Assembly (NCBI GenBank): GCA_000697335.1
Contig: JNEM01013511.1
Location: 1-44,763, forward strand
DNA: 44,763 nt
Direction of reading: 5' to 3'
DNA from: Conidiobolus incongruus B7586
Taxonomy: Eukaryota
Shown here: in pieces, positions 13,501 to 25,402 of the stretch
Numbering within the stretch: position 1 is the stretch's first letter
How the letters are laid out: every line of letters starts with the position of its first letter
Position numbers and translations under genes: made by a program
Notes under the pieces: model-generated
The model's database searches: none
Seen by the model: only the letters and a program-made list of their open reading frames with translations
What the model was told of the DNA's origin: nothing

Positions 13501-15579
13501 AAATTATATAAATTTCAAAAAATGAAATTTTTAATTAGGATAAGATACAGTTTTATAAATATAAATTATATATTATTTAATTGGTAATATTTTTATTTTA
13601 ATAATTTAATATTATATTAAGTAATATTATATGCTCTTATAATTAATTATTTTTATTATTTATATATAATATAATTTTTAAGAGAATTCTCAGTATAAAA
13701 ACAAAATGACAGAAAGTTTATATAATATTAAATTTTATTAGAATTAAATAAAATATATTTATCAATATATCATATTAAAAAAATAATTTTATATGAATTA
13801 TTTATAGAAATTTTTATATATTTACTAAAGAAAAAATAATTCAATCAAGTTAAAATTGAAAATTTAATATAAAAGGCTATTTTATTCAAGTCAATATAAT
13901 TGTATAATAATTAGCAAAATTCACTTATAATTGAATAATTAAAATTTTCAATGAATTTTAATTATAGATAAGCTATATTATTATAAAAATTCTAATTAAA
14001 AAATATAGCCAATAAAAATTTATATTGGTATAATATTTATTTTTATTATTTTGAATAATCAATATAAATAAATAATAAATATTATTATATAATATATTAC
14101 CCACAATAAAGAGGATTTTTAAGGCAAAAAATAAAAACTATTTATTATAAAAATATTTTTGATAATTATATATTCTATATTAATTATAAATGGTGTAACT
14201 AATTACTAATAAAAAAATTTATTCTTAATTTTTAAAAACTAATAATATCAATTAATTTAGAAAAATTACAATTGATTCACTATTTATTATTCATGATAGT
14301 TGCTATATATATGTATATATATAAAGTAAGAATTATTAAAAGTTTATATATTAAAAAATAGTTTATATTATTATATCCATTATATTCACCGAATATATAT
14401 CCTTATAATTATTATTCTTTAAAGTTAAGAAATTGAATTAAAGGAAAATTAATGACATTTTAATTTTTATATTAAATAATCTGGTTTTAATAATAAATTA
14501 GAAAATCTTATATACAAGATATAAGTAATTATTTTTAACTTAGAATTTAATTATTAAAAATTGAAATAGTTATTAATTATTTGAATTACAATGTTTTTAT
14601 TTAATTAAAAATAAAAATTTATATTAATAAATTTATTTTTTGAATAATTATAAAAGATTTATATCTTACTTATTATAGTTAATTTAGCAAAAAAATTAAT
14701 ATATTTTATAAAATGAATTTCTATTTGTTAAGGAAATAGTAATCTTATAATTCTATTAAGTAAAGTTAACAAAATTCTAGCATTTTTTCAATTTCAGGTA
14801 AAGTTTGGTTCAGTCACTAGTCTTGTTTTTTGCCAAATTTTTTTTAATATTATAACTAGTTATTACTTAAATTGATAAGTATATATATTTCCTATTAAAT
14901 TGATTATTAAATCAATTGATATAAACTCATATATTAAACTCAAATACCAAAAATAAAATAGTTAAATATTATTCACTTATTAACCTTGTTGATATGATTT
15001 GATATATTATAAATAGAGATATTCTCTTTATTGTCTACAATAAGTACAATAATGTATGCCACTAATAGTTTATTCAATTCTACTTATATAATATAAATCA
15101 ATAGTTCTCTTCAATCTTTATGCTTTGATGTGTTAAGTATTTTAACCATTAATTAATTACAATCTTTGATTTTAAAATTATTTTTACTTATAACATACTG
15201 TTCAAATTTGTATTCTAGTAAAATTGGAACAAATATATTTACATTTTTAAAATCATTTTCTTGAAAAAACCTAACTTGTCAAATATCATATGACTCAGTA
15301 ACCTTGTTAAATAATATTCTACTTTAGAATTGTATTTTAAATCGAATTGTATGGGTTTGCACCACAACTTGAGTACCCTGTTTGCCTTATTCTACCCATG
15401 GATATATATCAAATGAAAATTTTTTGATGTAAAAAGATTGTTAAATGCTGCTTAATTAAAATTTGTTATAGTGTATAGTAAACAGAGGAAAGAAACTCGT
15501 GAATATGCAATGGGGAGATTTCGATTGTAAAATATCGTATTTAACATATTAAGAATTAAAAATAATTTTATTAGGCTAA

Positions 15580-17184
15580 TTAAATTAACAAGGAGGTAAT
15601 GAATGAAACGGATAAGAGAAAGGCGAAAGAGGGGAGTAAGAATTGGCCGTTGCTGGTACCTTTATCGGAATTTTTACCACTCTTTTTATCACTACTAGTA
15701 CTGTTGTCATCACTATCATCACTGCTATCATCGCTGTAATTACCCTTTTCTTTACCAACTCTATCATTATCGGAAGCTTTGGTTTGAAGGTTAGCAGTCA
15801 TAGACAAGCATTTCTTTTCATCTTTTTCGGAAGGATCATTGATTTCACCAACTCCATCTTTAGTACAAAATTCCTTGTTATTCTTAAACTTGGTATATAA
15901 GGAATTCCAAGCGAAGCTAAGCTGAGTGGTAGGATCACAGTATGAAATGTCACCATATTTACCCTTTTCACCATCGGCAGCTAAACGAGTACAGTCGACA
16001 CCGCCCTCACCACAAGCATAGCCGAATTTATCTCCAACATTGTTACTTTCGACAGTAACATTAAAGGACTTAGAAACTGCACAGCTGAAAGTGTTCATTA
16101 AACATTTGCAAGCATCTTCAGAAGGAGTAGGAGGGAGAGTGTTGGAGGCCTTCCATTTGGATCCGGCAGATGGGCATTTAGAACCATCAGAGTCAGGAGC
16201 AGAGTAACTATCCTTAGTGGTGGTCTTAGGACTGATCTTGCTGAGTTGTTCTTTATAGGCATCAAAATCTGGTAATTTAGTGAATTTGTTACCATCAACC
16301 TTGACCAAACCATAGTTGTTTTCTTCTTCTGTAAATTCGTAGATTAAACCACCTGAGAAGACATTGCTCATGGGTTCAGAGTATAAGGCTTGGACATCAG
16401 TAAATTGACGGGGTTTAACTTCGTTACAACCGTATTCGGAGAAGAAGACGGGAATACCGTAGTTCTCAAACATCTTGGTCTTCTTATCATAACCGGATTT
16501 CTTCATATCAGAATCACCACACCATGAGTAGATATTGTAACCGAAGAAATCGATGCGTTCTTCTTTGGGTCCACAATTAAAATAGTCAACAATGTTTTGG
16601 AGAGTATCAACATCATCATTGTTAGCATAACCAATTGGGATGTATCTGGATTGAGCCTTCATGTGGGCCTTCATATCACGGATAGTGGCCTTGACGAAGG
16701 GATTGGCGTCGGTGTTAGTGAGATCATTGTTTACTTCATTACCAGCAAAGTAAGCCAAAGTATTGTCATATTTGGCAAAGGCATCAGCCTTATCCATAAA
16801 GGCTTTGAGAATGGTAGTATCGTATTTAGGATCCTTACGGTTGATAGATGTCTTGGGATTGGATAAATCCAAAATCAAATAGATACCAGCATCAGCTAAC
16901 ATCTTCATACCTTTATCGTGATCAAGATGGGGATAAGCTTCGTATACACGGATAGTATTGATACCCAATTCTTTGAATAATTTAATAGCGTTAGCTAATT
17001 GACTGGTATTAGCAATGGGATCTTGTTTTCCAGAGCCACCAGGTTGGTAAGCAACACCCTTGATGACAAATTCTTCACCGGTTTTTGAGTTGAACCATTT
17101 TTGACCTTTGATTTCAATAGGGTCAATACCATAAACAAGAGAAACAGATAACAAAGAGAGTATGTTAAAAAACTTAGGAAGCAT
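15580..17184 (-). CDS. GH72 beta-1,3-glucanosyltransferase with X8 domain, Ser/Asp-rich linker and GPI signal, copy 2 (534 aa)
   Basis: Same motifs as copy 1; extended SDDSSDDSDDNSTSS linker before GTSNGQFLLP and the hydrophobic tail. Confidence 0.96.
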   Translation of the reverse strand: MLPKFFNILSLLSVSLVYGIDPIEIKGQKWFNSKTGEEFVIKGVAYQPGGSGKQDPIANTSQLANAIKLFKELGINTIRVYEAYPHLDHDKGMKMLADAGIYLILDLSNPKTSINRKDPKYDTTILKAFMDKADAFAKYDNTLAYFAGNEVNNDLTNTDANPFVKATIRDMKAHMKAQSRYIPIGYANNDDVDTLQNIVDYFNCGPKEERIDFFGYNIYSWCGDSDMKKSGYDKKTKMFENYGIPVFFSEYGCNEVKPRQFTDVQALYSEPMSNVFSGGLIYEFTEEENNYGLVKVDGNKFTKLPDFDAYKEQLSKISPKTTTKDSYSAPDSDGSKCPSAGSKWKASNTLPPTPSEDACKCLMNTFSCAVSKSFNVTVESNNVGDKFGYACGEGGVDCTRLAADGEKGKYGDISYCDPTTQLSFAWNSLYTKFKNNKEFCTKDGVGEINDPSEKDEKKCLSMTANLQTKASDNDRVGKEKGNYSDDSSDDSDDNSTSSDKKSGKNSDKGTSNGQFLLPSFAFLLSVSFITSLLI

Positions 17185-17314
17185 AATGAATATATCTTAT
17201 GTGTGTTTGACTTTAGATATTAATTAAATTAGGAATAAAATATTATAATAAAAAAGATAAAATATGAAAATCAAACTTGAAAAGAGTTGAACAGAGAGTA
17301 CTGGGTACACACTC

Positions 17315-17322
17315 AATATATA
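17315..17322 (-). promoter_or_regulatory. Putative TATA box of GH72 copy 2
   Basis: TATATATT ~131-138 bp upstream of the ATG, followed by CCAGTAC...GTTCAACT...TTTCAAGTTT shared with copy 1. Confidence 0.5.
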
Positions 17323-19215
17323 TGAAATTAATTATCACAATTTGGCAATTAATATAGAATTTTTATTGGTGTGTGTGAATTCGAAATGTTAAATTAGTCA
17401 CTTTAATATCCATTTTGGAACCGCAATGTAGTTGAACATTATAAAAATATATATCTCTGTCATTCATGCTTGAATGTTTTCTGTGCAACTTTTATTATTT
17501 ATTTTTATATAATCTATAAATCTCTTGTTTTCACATTACTTGATAGTCCAATAGAGTTTCATCCTATATTTATTAATTTATGAAATACATATTAACCAGG
17601 AAAGATTTAATTGTTCTCGAAATTTAAGGTATTATTATATAATGGTAATGACATTGTATTTTTGTTTATTTTGTTTTGATTTAAATATAAATACAGGACA
17701 TTGATCGATATTAAAATTCCTTAATGTGATATTAAATACTTTGTTTTGTAGTTAATGAATTTATTTGTTATAAAGATACTAAAATTGATTTGAACTCGAC
17801 TCTGAGATATATAAAATAAGGATAAACATTATTGATATTGGATAACAATATAATAATGATCATTTTCATTATTATGTGATCGATCAAAAAATTAAAATAT
17901 AAAATTTTTAAATGAAAAATTGTATATAATTTACAATAATCAAATTGTATGTTGATCAATTTATTATTTTTCTAACTTTAATAATATACTATTCAATTTT
18001 TAATATAACTTAACTCATAATTACTATATATCTCAGTATTTGATTAATCTTCCATTAGATTTAGTTAAATTATACTTTCATAATTATATAATTAAATATA
18101 GTATCATTTTTCACGAAAAATATAATATCTAATCTTTAAATATAAATTTATTAAATTATTTGATAAAATATTTGTGTAAATCTACCATGAAAGGGTTAAA
18201 TTAATGTAAAGTTGTAACATTGAGGAAGATATTGGTCTAGTATAGGGAACGAGCTGACTTTGAGTAGGTGTTAATGTCTTGATTAATGATTACGGGTAAT
18301 ATACCATTGTAAGTAATATCAAATTTAATTAAAAATGAATAATATTTTAATTTCATATTTGTATCATCTTATTAATTGAGTACTTTTTTGTATATAGAAT
18401 TGATTACATTGATTTGATATAGTTTTCAAGTCTAATTTGGTATGTTGAAAAAAAGAACGAACATATCAAAATCAAATCGAATTATGTTGTATTATTATAT
18501 TTTGTTTATCTCATCTAAATAGCATGAAAAATTATAAGATTTATTACGCTGATATTTACAATTAATATCATAATAAATATTTTTCAGATAATACTGAATA
18601 TTATATAAATTACTTGGTATATTTTACCAAATTGTCCAATATGTTGATTTGTTTAAAACGTTATTTATTAGGATAATAATTGAAATATTATAATTTCAAA
18701 ATGCTATATTTTCAACATACTAAATCAATTAATATAAAAAACTTAATAGAATGAGATTCACTACAATTTAAATTGATAAATATAAACTTTACACCATTTT
18801 TAAAATAAATTGATTGAATGATTTTATACTTTAGTTAAAGCTTTAAAGGCTAATTTTTTTAAAAAGTATTACTTTAAGGAAGATTTGATATTTTCATTAA
18901 GTTATTCAAATATCTCGGTTTGTATTGATATAATTTTATCTATTGAATTACATAAGATCTTAAAAAATATGAGGTGATAGATGATGAATCAATTGATTAA
19001 GCATTCACCGCATAAATTTAAAAATATTTTTTGTGTTAATGGCAGGTATAAAATAATAAATTTATTGGCTGTAATGTAGCAATTAAATGGTGTTGAAATG
19101 AGTATATAATGTTAAATTATTGATACAAAAACGATATTATAGAATATGAGCAAAGTGGAAATATTATTACAAATCATCAAAATAAAACCAAAGCGAGTTG
19201 CAGTAGTAGACTGAT

Positions 19216-19499
19216 TTAATAAGGCAGTTGAATAAACAGAGTAGCAATGACTGTGTCAACCACAACAGAGGCAAAGGATGGGACTAAGTGCTGACCATTA
19301 CTGGTACCATTAACATTATGCCTACCACCATCTTGATTTCTAGTAGGAATATTTTCGCTTTCATTAGTTTTATCTTTTACATTGATTTTACTGGTACTAT
19401 TATTTTTATCGTTACTGCTATTGTTATAATTTCTATTAGTTTTATCACTATTGCTATCTTTTTCACTGGCTTTATCTTTCTCAGTACTATATTTAGAAG
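19216..19499 (-). pseudogene. Out-of-frame C-terminal linker and GPI-signal segment of GH72 copy 3
   Basis: In the shifted frame it reads ASKYSTEKDKASEKDSNSDK...NGTSNGQHLVPSFASVVVDTVIATLFIQLPY*, homologous to the paralogue tails (SNGQYLLPSFASLAAATVIAALFI*). Confidence 0.85.
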
Positions 19500-20903
19500 C
19501 TATTTTTCCACATTAGTAGCCAAAGATAAACATTTTTGTTCATTTTGTTCGAAAGGAGTACTGAGTTGACCAACTCCCTGACTAACACAAGTATTCATGT
19601 CCCTGGATTTAGAATACATGGAATTCAAAGCATAACTAAGTAAAGTGGTGGGATCACAGAATGACAAATCGCCATATTCTCCTTTTTCGCCATCGACAGC
19701 TAAGCGAGTACAGTCGACACCACCCTCACCACAAGCATATTTGAAGAGCTCTCCGACATTGTTCCTTCCATCAGTGACGTTGAAGGATTTGGCTACAACA
19801 CAATTGTAAGTATTCATCAAACAATTGCAAGTATCTTGGGAAGGAGTAGGGGGAAGCTTCTCGGAAGCTTTCCAGTTTGAGCTGGGAGCGGGGCATTTAG
19901 TACCATCAGGGTTGGGAGGAGTGTAGCGATCTTTAGTGGTAAACCTAGGACTAATTTTACTCAGTCGTTCTTTATAGGTATCAAAATCTGGTAATTTATC
20001 GAAGTTGTCACCATTAACTTTGACCAAACCATAGTTGTTTTCTTCTTCTGTAAATTCGTAGATTAAACCACCTGAGAAGACATTGCTCATGGGTTCAGAG
20101 TATAAGGCTTGGACATCAGTAAATTGACGAGGTTTAACTTCGTTACAACCGTATTCGGAGAAGAAGACGGGAATACCATAGTTCTCAAACATCTTGGTCT
20201 TCTTATCATAACCGGATTTCTTCATATCAGAATCACCACACCATGAGTAGATATTGTAACCGAAGAAATCGATGCGTTCTTCTTTGGGTCCACAATTAAA
20301 ATAGTCAACAATGTTTTGGAGAGTATCAACATCATCATTGTTAGCATAACCAATTGGGATGTATCTGGATTGAGCCTTCATGTGGGCCTTCATATCACGG
20401 ATAGTGGCCTTGACGAAGGGATTGGCGTCGGTGTTAGTGAGATCATTGTTTACTTCATTACCAGCAAAGTAAGCCAAAGTATTGTCATATTTGGCAAAGG
20501 CATCAGCTTTTTCCATAAAGGCTTTGAGAATGGTAGTGTCATATTTAGGATCCTTACGGTTGATAGATGTCTTGGGATTGGATAAATCCAAAATCAAATA
20601 AATACCAGCATCAGCTAACATCTTCATGCCTTGGTCGTGATCAAGATGGGGATAAGCTTCGTATACACGGATAGTATTGATACCCAATTCTTTGAATAAT
20701 TTAATAGCGTTAGCTAATTGACTGGTGTTAGCAATGGGATCTTGTTTTCCAGAGCCACCAGGTTGGTAAGCAACACCCTTGATGACAAATTCTTCACCGG
20801 TTTTTGAGTTGAACCATTTTTGACCTTTGATTTCAATAGGGTCAATACCATAAACAAGAGAAACAGATAACAAAGGGAGTATGTTAAAAAACTTGGGAAG
20901 CAT
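19500..20903 (-). CDS. GH72 beta-1,3-glucanosyltransferase with X8 domain, copy 3, C-terminally truncated (467 aa, no GPI signal as read)
   Basis: Catalytic GNE and SEYG intact; the ORF stops at GAA AAA TAG right after X8 because one base is missing relative to paralogues. Confidence 0.9.
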   Translation of the reverse strand: MLPKFFNILPLLSVSLVYGIDPIEIKGQKWFNSKTGEEFVIKGVAYQPGGSGKQDPIANTSQLANAIKLFKELGINTIRVYEAYPHLDHDQGMKMLADAGIYLILDLSNPKTSINRKDPKYDTTILKAFMEKADAFAKYDNTLAYFAGNEVNNDLTNTDANPFVKATIRDMKAHMKAQSRYIPIGYANNDDVDTLQNIVDYFNCGPKEERIDFFGYNIYSWCGDSDMKKSGYDKKTKMFENYGIPVFFSEYGCNEVKPRQFTDVQALYSEPMSNVFSGGLIYEFTEEENNYGLVKVNGDNFDKLPDFDTYKERLSKISPRFTTKDRYTPPNPDGTKCPAPSSNWKASEKLPPTPSQDTCNCLMNTYNCVVAKSFNVTDGRNNVGELFKYACGEGGVDCTRLAVDGEKGEYGDLSFCDPTTLLSYALNSMYSKSRDMNTCVSQGVGQLSTPFEQNEQKCLSLATNVEK

Positions 20904-21033
20904 GATAATATATCTTATGTGTGACTGGCCTTATATACCTAATAAATTAAGAATAAAACTTTATAAATTCAAGGCAATAATCATCAAAGTTGTAGTTAAA
21001 AATAATTAACCCAATTTTACCATACATTTGACC

Positions 21034-21041
21034 AATTTATA
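21034..21041 (-). promoter_or_regulatory. Putative TATA box of GH72 copy 3
   Basis: TATAAATT 131-138 bp upstream of the ATG. Confidence 0.5.
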
Positions 21042-21350
21042 TGAATTAGATGATTTCAGTTTGGCGTCTGAGAGGCAAATTAAACTATGTGAAATTGAAA
21101 CTGTGATCTATTTGTTAAGAAATTTAGTAGCCGAATAGCATTAATGAAAAAATTCAAAATACTATTATCATTATTATTAATCAAGAATAAATACTACTGA
21201 TATATTGTTTGATAGTTATTTAATAGAGGTATTTTGAAATTTTAACATAAAATTTTTTATATCATCCATATTCAAAAAACATCAAGTATTTATTACTTAA
21301 TCACCCATAAATACAAGAAAAAAACTTAAAAAATTGATATTGAAACGTAC

Positions 21351-21682
21351 TGACAAGTCTTGGGAAAGTTGTGTCCAGAGTAGTTTAAATAAAAGAGAGA
21401 GATCTGGGGAATTCCATGTAAGTGTTAGTGAGATAGGGAGTTTATTGGTTTAAGTCCAATAGCCGGGAGGACCCAGATCGAAGTTGTCTCCTTGTAGATA
21501 GCTCTAATTCAATGTTATATATAGTGAGTTGGGTAAGATGATTCATGAGATTCTCCGGTGACTTGCATCATCGGCCAATTAAAAGATAGGGTGGGAGCAG
21601 ATAGTTTGCAAGGGGGAAATAGCTTTAACATTAGGTTAATGTAAGAATACTTGGGTAGAAGGGAGTCATCTGGCACGTGACA
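21351..21682 (-). mobile_element. Solo LTR (332 bp), family A copy 2
   Basis: TGACA...GTGACA termini; flanks GTAC/GTAT (4-bp duplication with one mismatch); colinear with 3925-4258 (shared CCGGTGACTTGCATCATCGGCCAATTAAA). Confidence 0.8.
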
Positions 21683-23695
21683 GTATATTTATAAACCAAT
21701 ATAATATATTTGAATTACTAAAATTCAAAAATTGTATTTATTTTTTTACAAATGCTCTTGTGATATAAATTTTTAAATCTAATTTAAAATTAAGGAAAAA
21801 ATTTTAAAATGGATGTAATTAATCCATGTGGGAAAAATTTTGTTTTCAAACAATTAGGAGTAATATAGTTGTTAAACCATAATATAGTATATTCATGATA
21901 ATCCTTGGCCTTTTGATGTATTATTATTTAACTTCATTTTTATTAAAACAAATAATTAAAATATTTTTGATGTATATTGATTTATACTGGTCCAATAATA
22001 AAATTTAAACTAAAACACTCTTAAATATTCGATAGTAAAAAACTATTGCAATAACTGGGAACCATGCAAATAGTTTATTTTATCATGAATTTTTAGCAAA
22101 TTTCAATAACTTGGTATAATTTTGCGTTGTTTTTTAAACGAATTCTTTGGTACTAAGAAATATATGTGAAGACTAAATGCAGATATAAATCCTAATTTGT
22201 GAAAGATAGAGTGTGAATCCAATATATTCCTTAATTAAGGTTGAAGACTAATTCACAAGTTAGTCTATAATTAACATATATTTGTCGAACTAGATTAACG
22301 AAGATTATAAATATCATATATCAATTAGAATTCTTTTTATATATTTTCTCATATTTTTTAATTTGGGCTAAAAATTTTATACTTCATTCGTATATTAATA
22401 TTCAAATTTTATATAAAAATTCTTTGTTAAAGCTCTATTTTTCATAAAGTTAAAATATATTTTAATTACATGTTGATAAAATAGTATTATGCTATTACTG
22501 ATTTTAATTTGTATATTTTTCATTTTAATAAAGTTGGAACAGATCGTTATTTGCATAGTATTAACAAATAAATCAAAAGTAATATAATTCATTTTAATTA
22601 GTTTGATTAATTTATTTTTCTATATATTACATTGTTAATATATATATATATGTGTGTGTGTTATAAATTTTGTGATTTTCGTACCAATATCAGTTTTTCA
22701 AAACTATATATAGTATTTAAATACTACAGCTAAAACTTCCAACATCAGGAAATTTATAAATCATTTAATATTAATGTGTATAAGCTTAAATTTTTAAACT
22801 TGATTTCATTCACAGCTTGGTCTTGTATTTTCAAGTTTGATATCATGGTCAATTCCTTGATATATTTATAGTATGATAAGCATCTCAGAATATAAATCAT
22901 TTAGAATTATTAATTCCAAGTTGAGAACTTTGAGATATATTTATTCAATATTATTATATCTTCAATGTAATATAAAAATTCTAAAAATAAGTTTTTATTT
23001 AATTTTTGAAATTATAAAATCAAAAAATGTTAGTTTCATATCTTTAGTAGTTTAATATCAAAGTAAGCATTGTTTCAATTTTAATTGTTGATTAATATGC
23101 AAGAAACTTAATCATTATATGAATTCACGGTATATATCTTAATAATATAGTTTTCAAGTTCAAAAAGAATTATGAGGTTCAGGTATTACTATTAATTTTA
23201 AGAATTTTCTTCAATATATTTAAGAATTAAAATATCAGACCTATCACCAAATAATATATAATTTTTGAATCATCTGACAACTTATTATCAGACCTGGAAT
23301 AAGAATATGATCATTTTTTGACTATTTAAAAGAAATATTTTGGTAATTACAAGGTATTACCTTTTCTGAAGTCCATTGTACTATCATATTGGGTTGATTT
23401 TTGTTTGTTTTTTAATCTTAGTACAGAATATATAGTTATATAAGTTTCATTATTAATACCTATATAAGATATGTATTGATTGATAATTATGATTTTATTT
23501 TCTAACACTAAACTTGAATATATTTGTTAAGTTCAAAAATTTCATAATAAATAGGAATATCTATTTAGATATACCTATATTAATAATTTCAAAATTCCAA
23601 CTGATTCCAATTACTTATATTCATATAATAATAAAAAAGTAATTAGTTATCATTAATATTCACCAAGGTATTATATTATTAACGAATATATATTT

Positions 23696-24066
23696 TGTTA
23701 CATATTAATTCTTTTACGTCCCTTGAACATATTATCGCGGATTGGGAGGTCCGCTGTGCATTCAACTTTAATCATTCGTCTTTATTCCGAACGTAATCCA
23801 CATATAAGTAAATTACACAATCTTTGTAAAATGGGAAATTCCAAACAATAAATACAAACGGTGTTTCAACACATTGGCCAAGGACTGATAGCACTATAAA
23901 GTCGCTACTGGGCACATATTTACTCGGAGATCATCTCGACCAGATCCATGCCCTGCATCTTGATATTTTAATAAAACCCTTTTAAAGTAACTAGTCAGCC
24001 ACCCTTGACCTGTTTTATTGAACCTACTTGATCCTTATTTCAAGGCTACTTTCCCACAGACCTACA
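23696..24066 (+). mobile_element. Probable solo LTR (~370 bp), family B
   Basis: GC-richer island bounded by TGTTA...CTACA, with CTATAAAG (~23894) then AATAAA (~23970). The 3' end CTTTCCCACAGACCTACA resembles the family A end CTTTCCCAAGACTTGTCA. The target duplication is ambiguous. Confidence 0.6.
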
Positions 24067-24089
24067 ATATTTAATCTAAAATTTTATTA

Positions 24090-25267
24090 CTCTGTATTTT
24101 TAATAATGGGAATTTTTTGCAATTAAAAATAAATAAACATTTGAATATATGATATATAAAAATAAATATATAATATAAATTTAATAGTTTCTTTTATTAT
24201 TAATAACTTTTTGCTATATTTTTAGCAAACTTCTAACACCTAAAAAACAATTCTTTTTATTAAAGACTGAAATTTGATGTTTCACAAACCAATTAAATTT
24301 TCCTGCAGAAATTTTCTTTCCTGTAAGCTGGTTTTTTAATTGCTTAAAGCAATTATAATCACATAGGTTATAATCAAAGGAATATACTAGATGTGGTAGT
24401 TTTTTCTAGTTATTTTTAATTAGAAAGTTTTTTACAGCTTTAGATTTATGTATTTTACAATTATTATGTAAAATAATAAGTTTTCTTAAATTATATTAAG
24501 AACACTAATTAGAAATACTTTTATTTAAAAAAACAATATATAATTTATTATTATTTAATTTTCCTTTAAGAATTAAATAAGAATAGTATATACTATTATA
24601 ATCTATTATAATAATTAACATTCACTTATTAATAAAATGTTTATTTAAAGGGATTTGTAGAGGAGGTTGATTTAGCTTAATCTAGCATCTTGATTTGTGT
24701 TTTAATAAAAGATTATACATAAAAATTTAAGATTCATCAATTATAATTATCCACTATAAAAATTTAAGCTTCTAGTAATATTTTAATAAGTTTTGTTTAA
24801 TAATAGCTACTCTAATTTTTTTTAAGTTTTAGTTAAATTATAAGGTACTTATTTTATATTTTTATTTATTAATTTTAGTTTAAACTTTAAAATATATAAA
24901 ATACTTGTAAAACTAATATTAAAGTACTTAGATAATTCTTTAACTAAAATAAAAAGGTGTTTTTCAATATATTTTTTCACTCTATTTACAATTAAAAAAA
25001 TAACAGTTAAAGTTAGTTTTCTAGATTTTAACAAATTTTAAATAGTTTCTCTTTTAGTTTTAAAGTAATTTACCTAGTAATAAATTGTTGATTTAGATAA
25101 TACTTTATTACTAAAAGCTACTTATAAATTTTAAATAATTTTAGAGGGTTTATAGTTAAGTTTTACTAATACTAAAATAAAAAACTTTTAATGATCACTA
25201 TTTAGTTTAAGCATGATTAAATTAAACAACCAATTTTAAAAAGTTAATTTTTTAATCAAAAAAACTA

Positions 25268-25299
<32 letters not shown>

Positions 25300-25402
25300 T
25301 ATATAATTTCCTATTAACTTTATATATATTTATTTATTTCAAACTAATAATATGTTTAAAAAATCAGAAATTAAAAAATTTCCCATTATTTTAAATTCAA
25401 GG
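24090..25402 (-). mobile_element. Full-length degenerate mariner element (1313 bp, DD34D)
   Basis: TA-flanked; TIR core AATAATGGGAA(A)TTTTTT at both ends. Minus-strand remnants *VPYNL (WVPHEL), IIIIDES* (first D), LHNN (LHDN) and HLVYSFDYNLCD (HPxYSPDxxPxD), with 34 residues between the second and third catalytic positions. Confidence 0.9.

Noticed and set aside
19288..19569. 93-aa hydrophobic plus-strand ORF
   Set aside because: It is the antisense reading of the Asn/Lys/Ser-rich frameshifted tail of GH72 copy 3 and has no ATG start.
12133..23055. Ile/Asn/Lys/Phe-rich ORFs at 12133, 17768, 22395 and 22873 (also 30837)
   Set aside because: Composition expected by chance in very AT-rich DNA; no motifs.
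24849..25034. 61-aa ORF and its twin at 37609-37794
   Set aside because: Fragments of the decayed mariner transposase, not a small-protein family.
25268..25292. (TA)n tracts here and at ~3908, ~22637 and ~37352
   Set aside because: Ordinary microsatellites, some internal to mariner copies.
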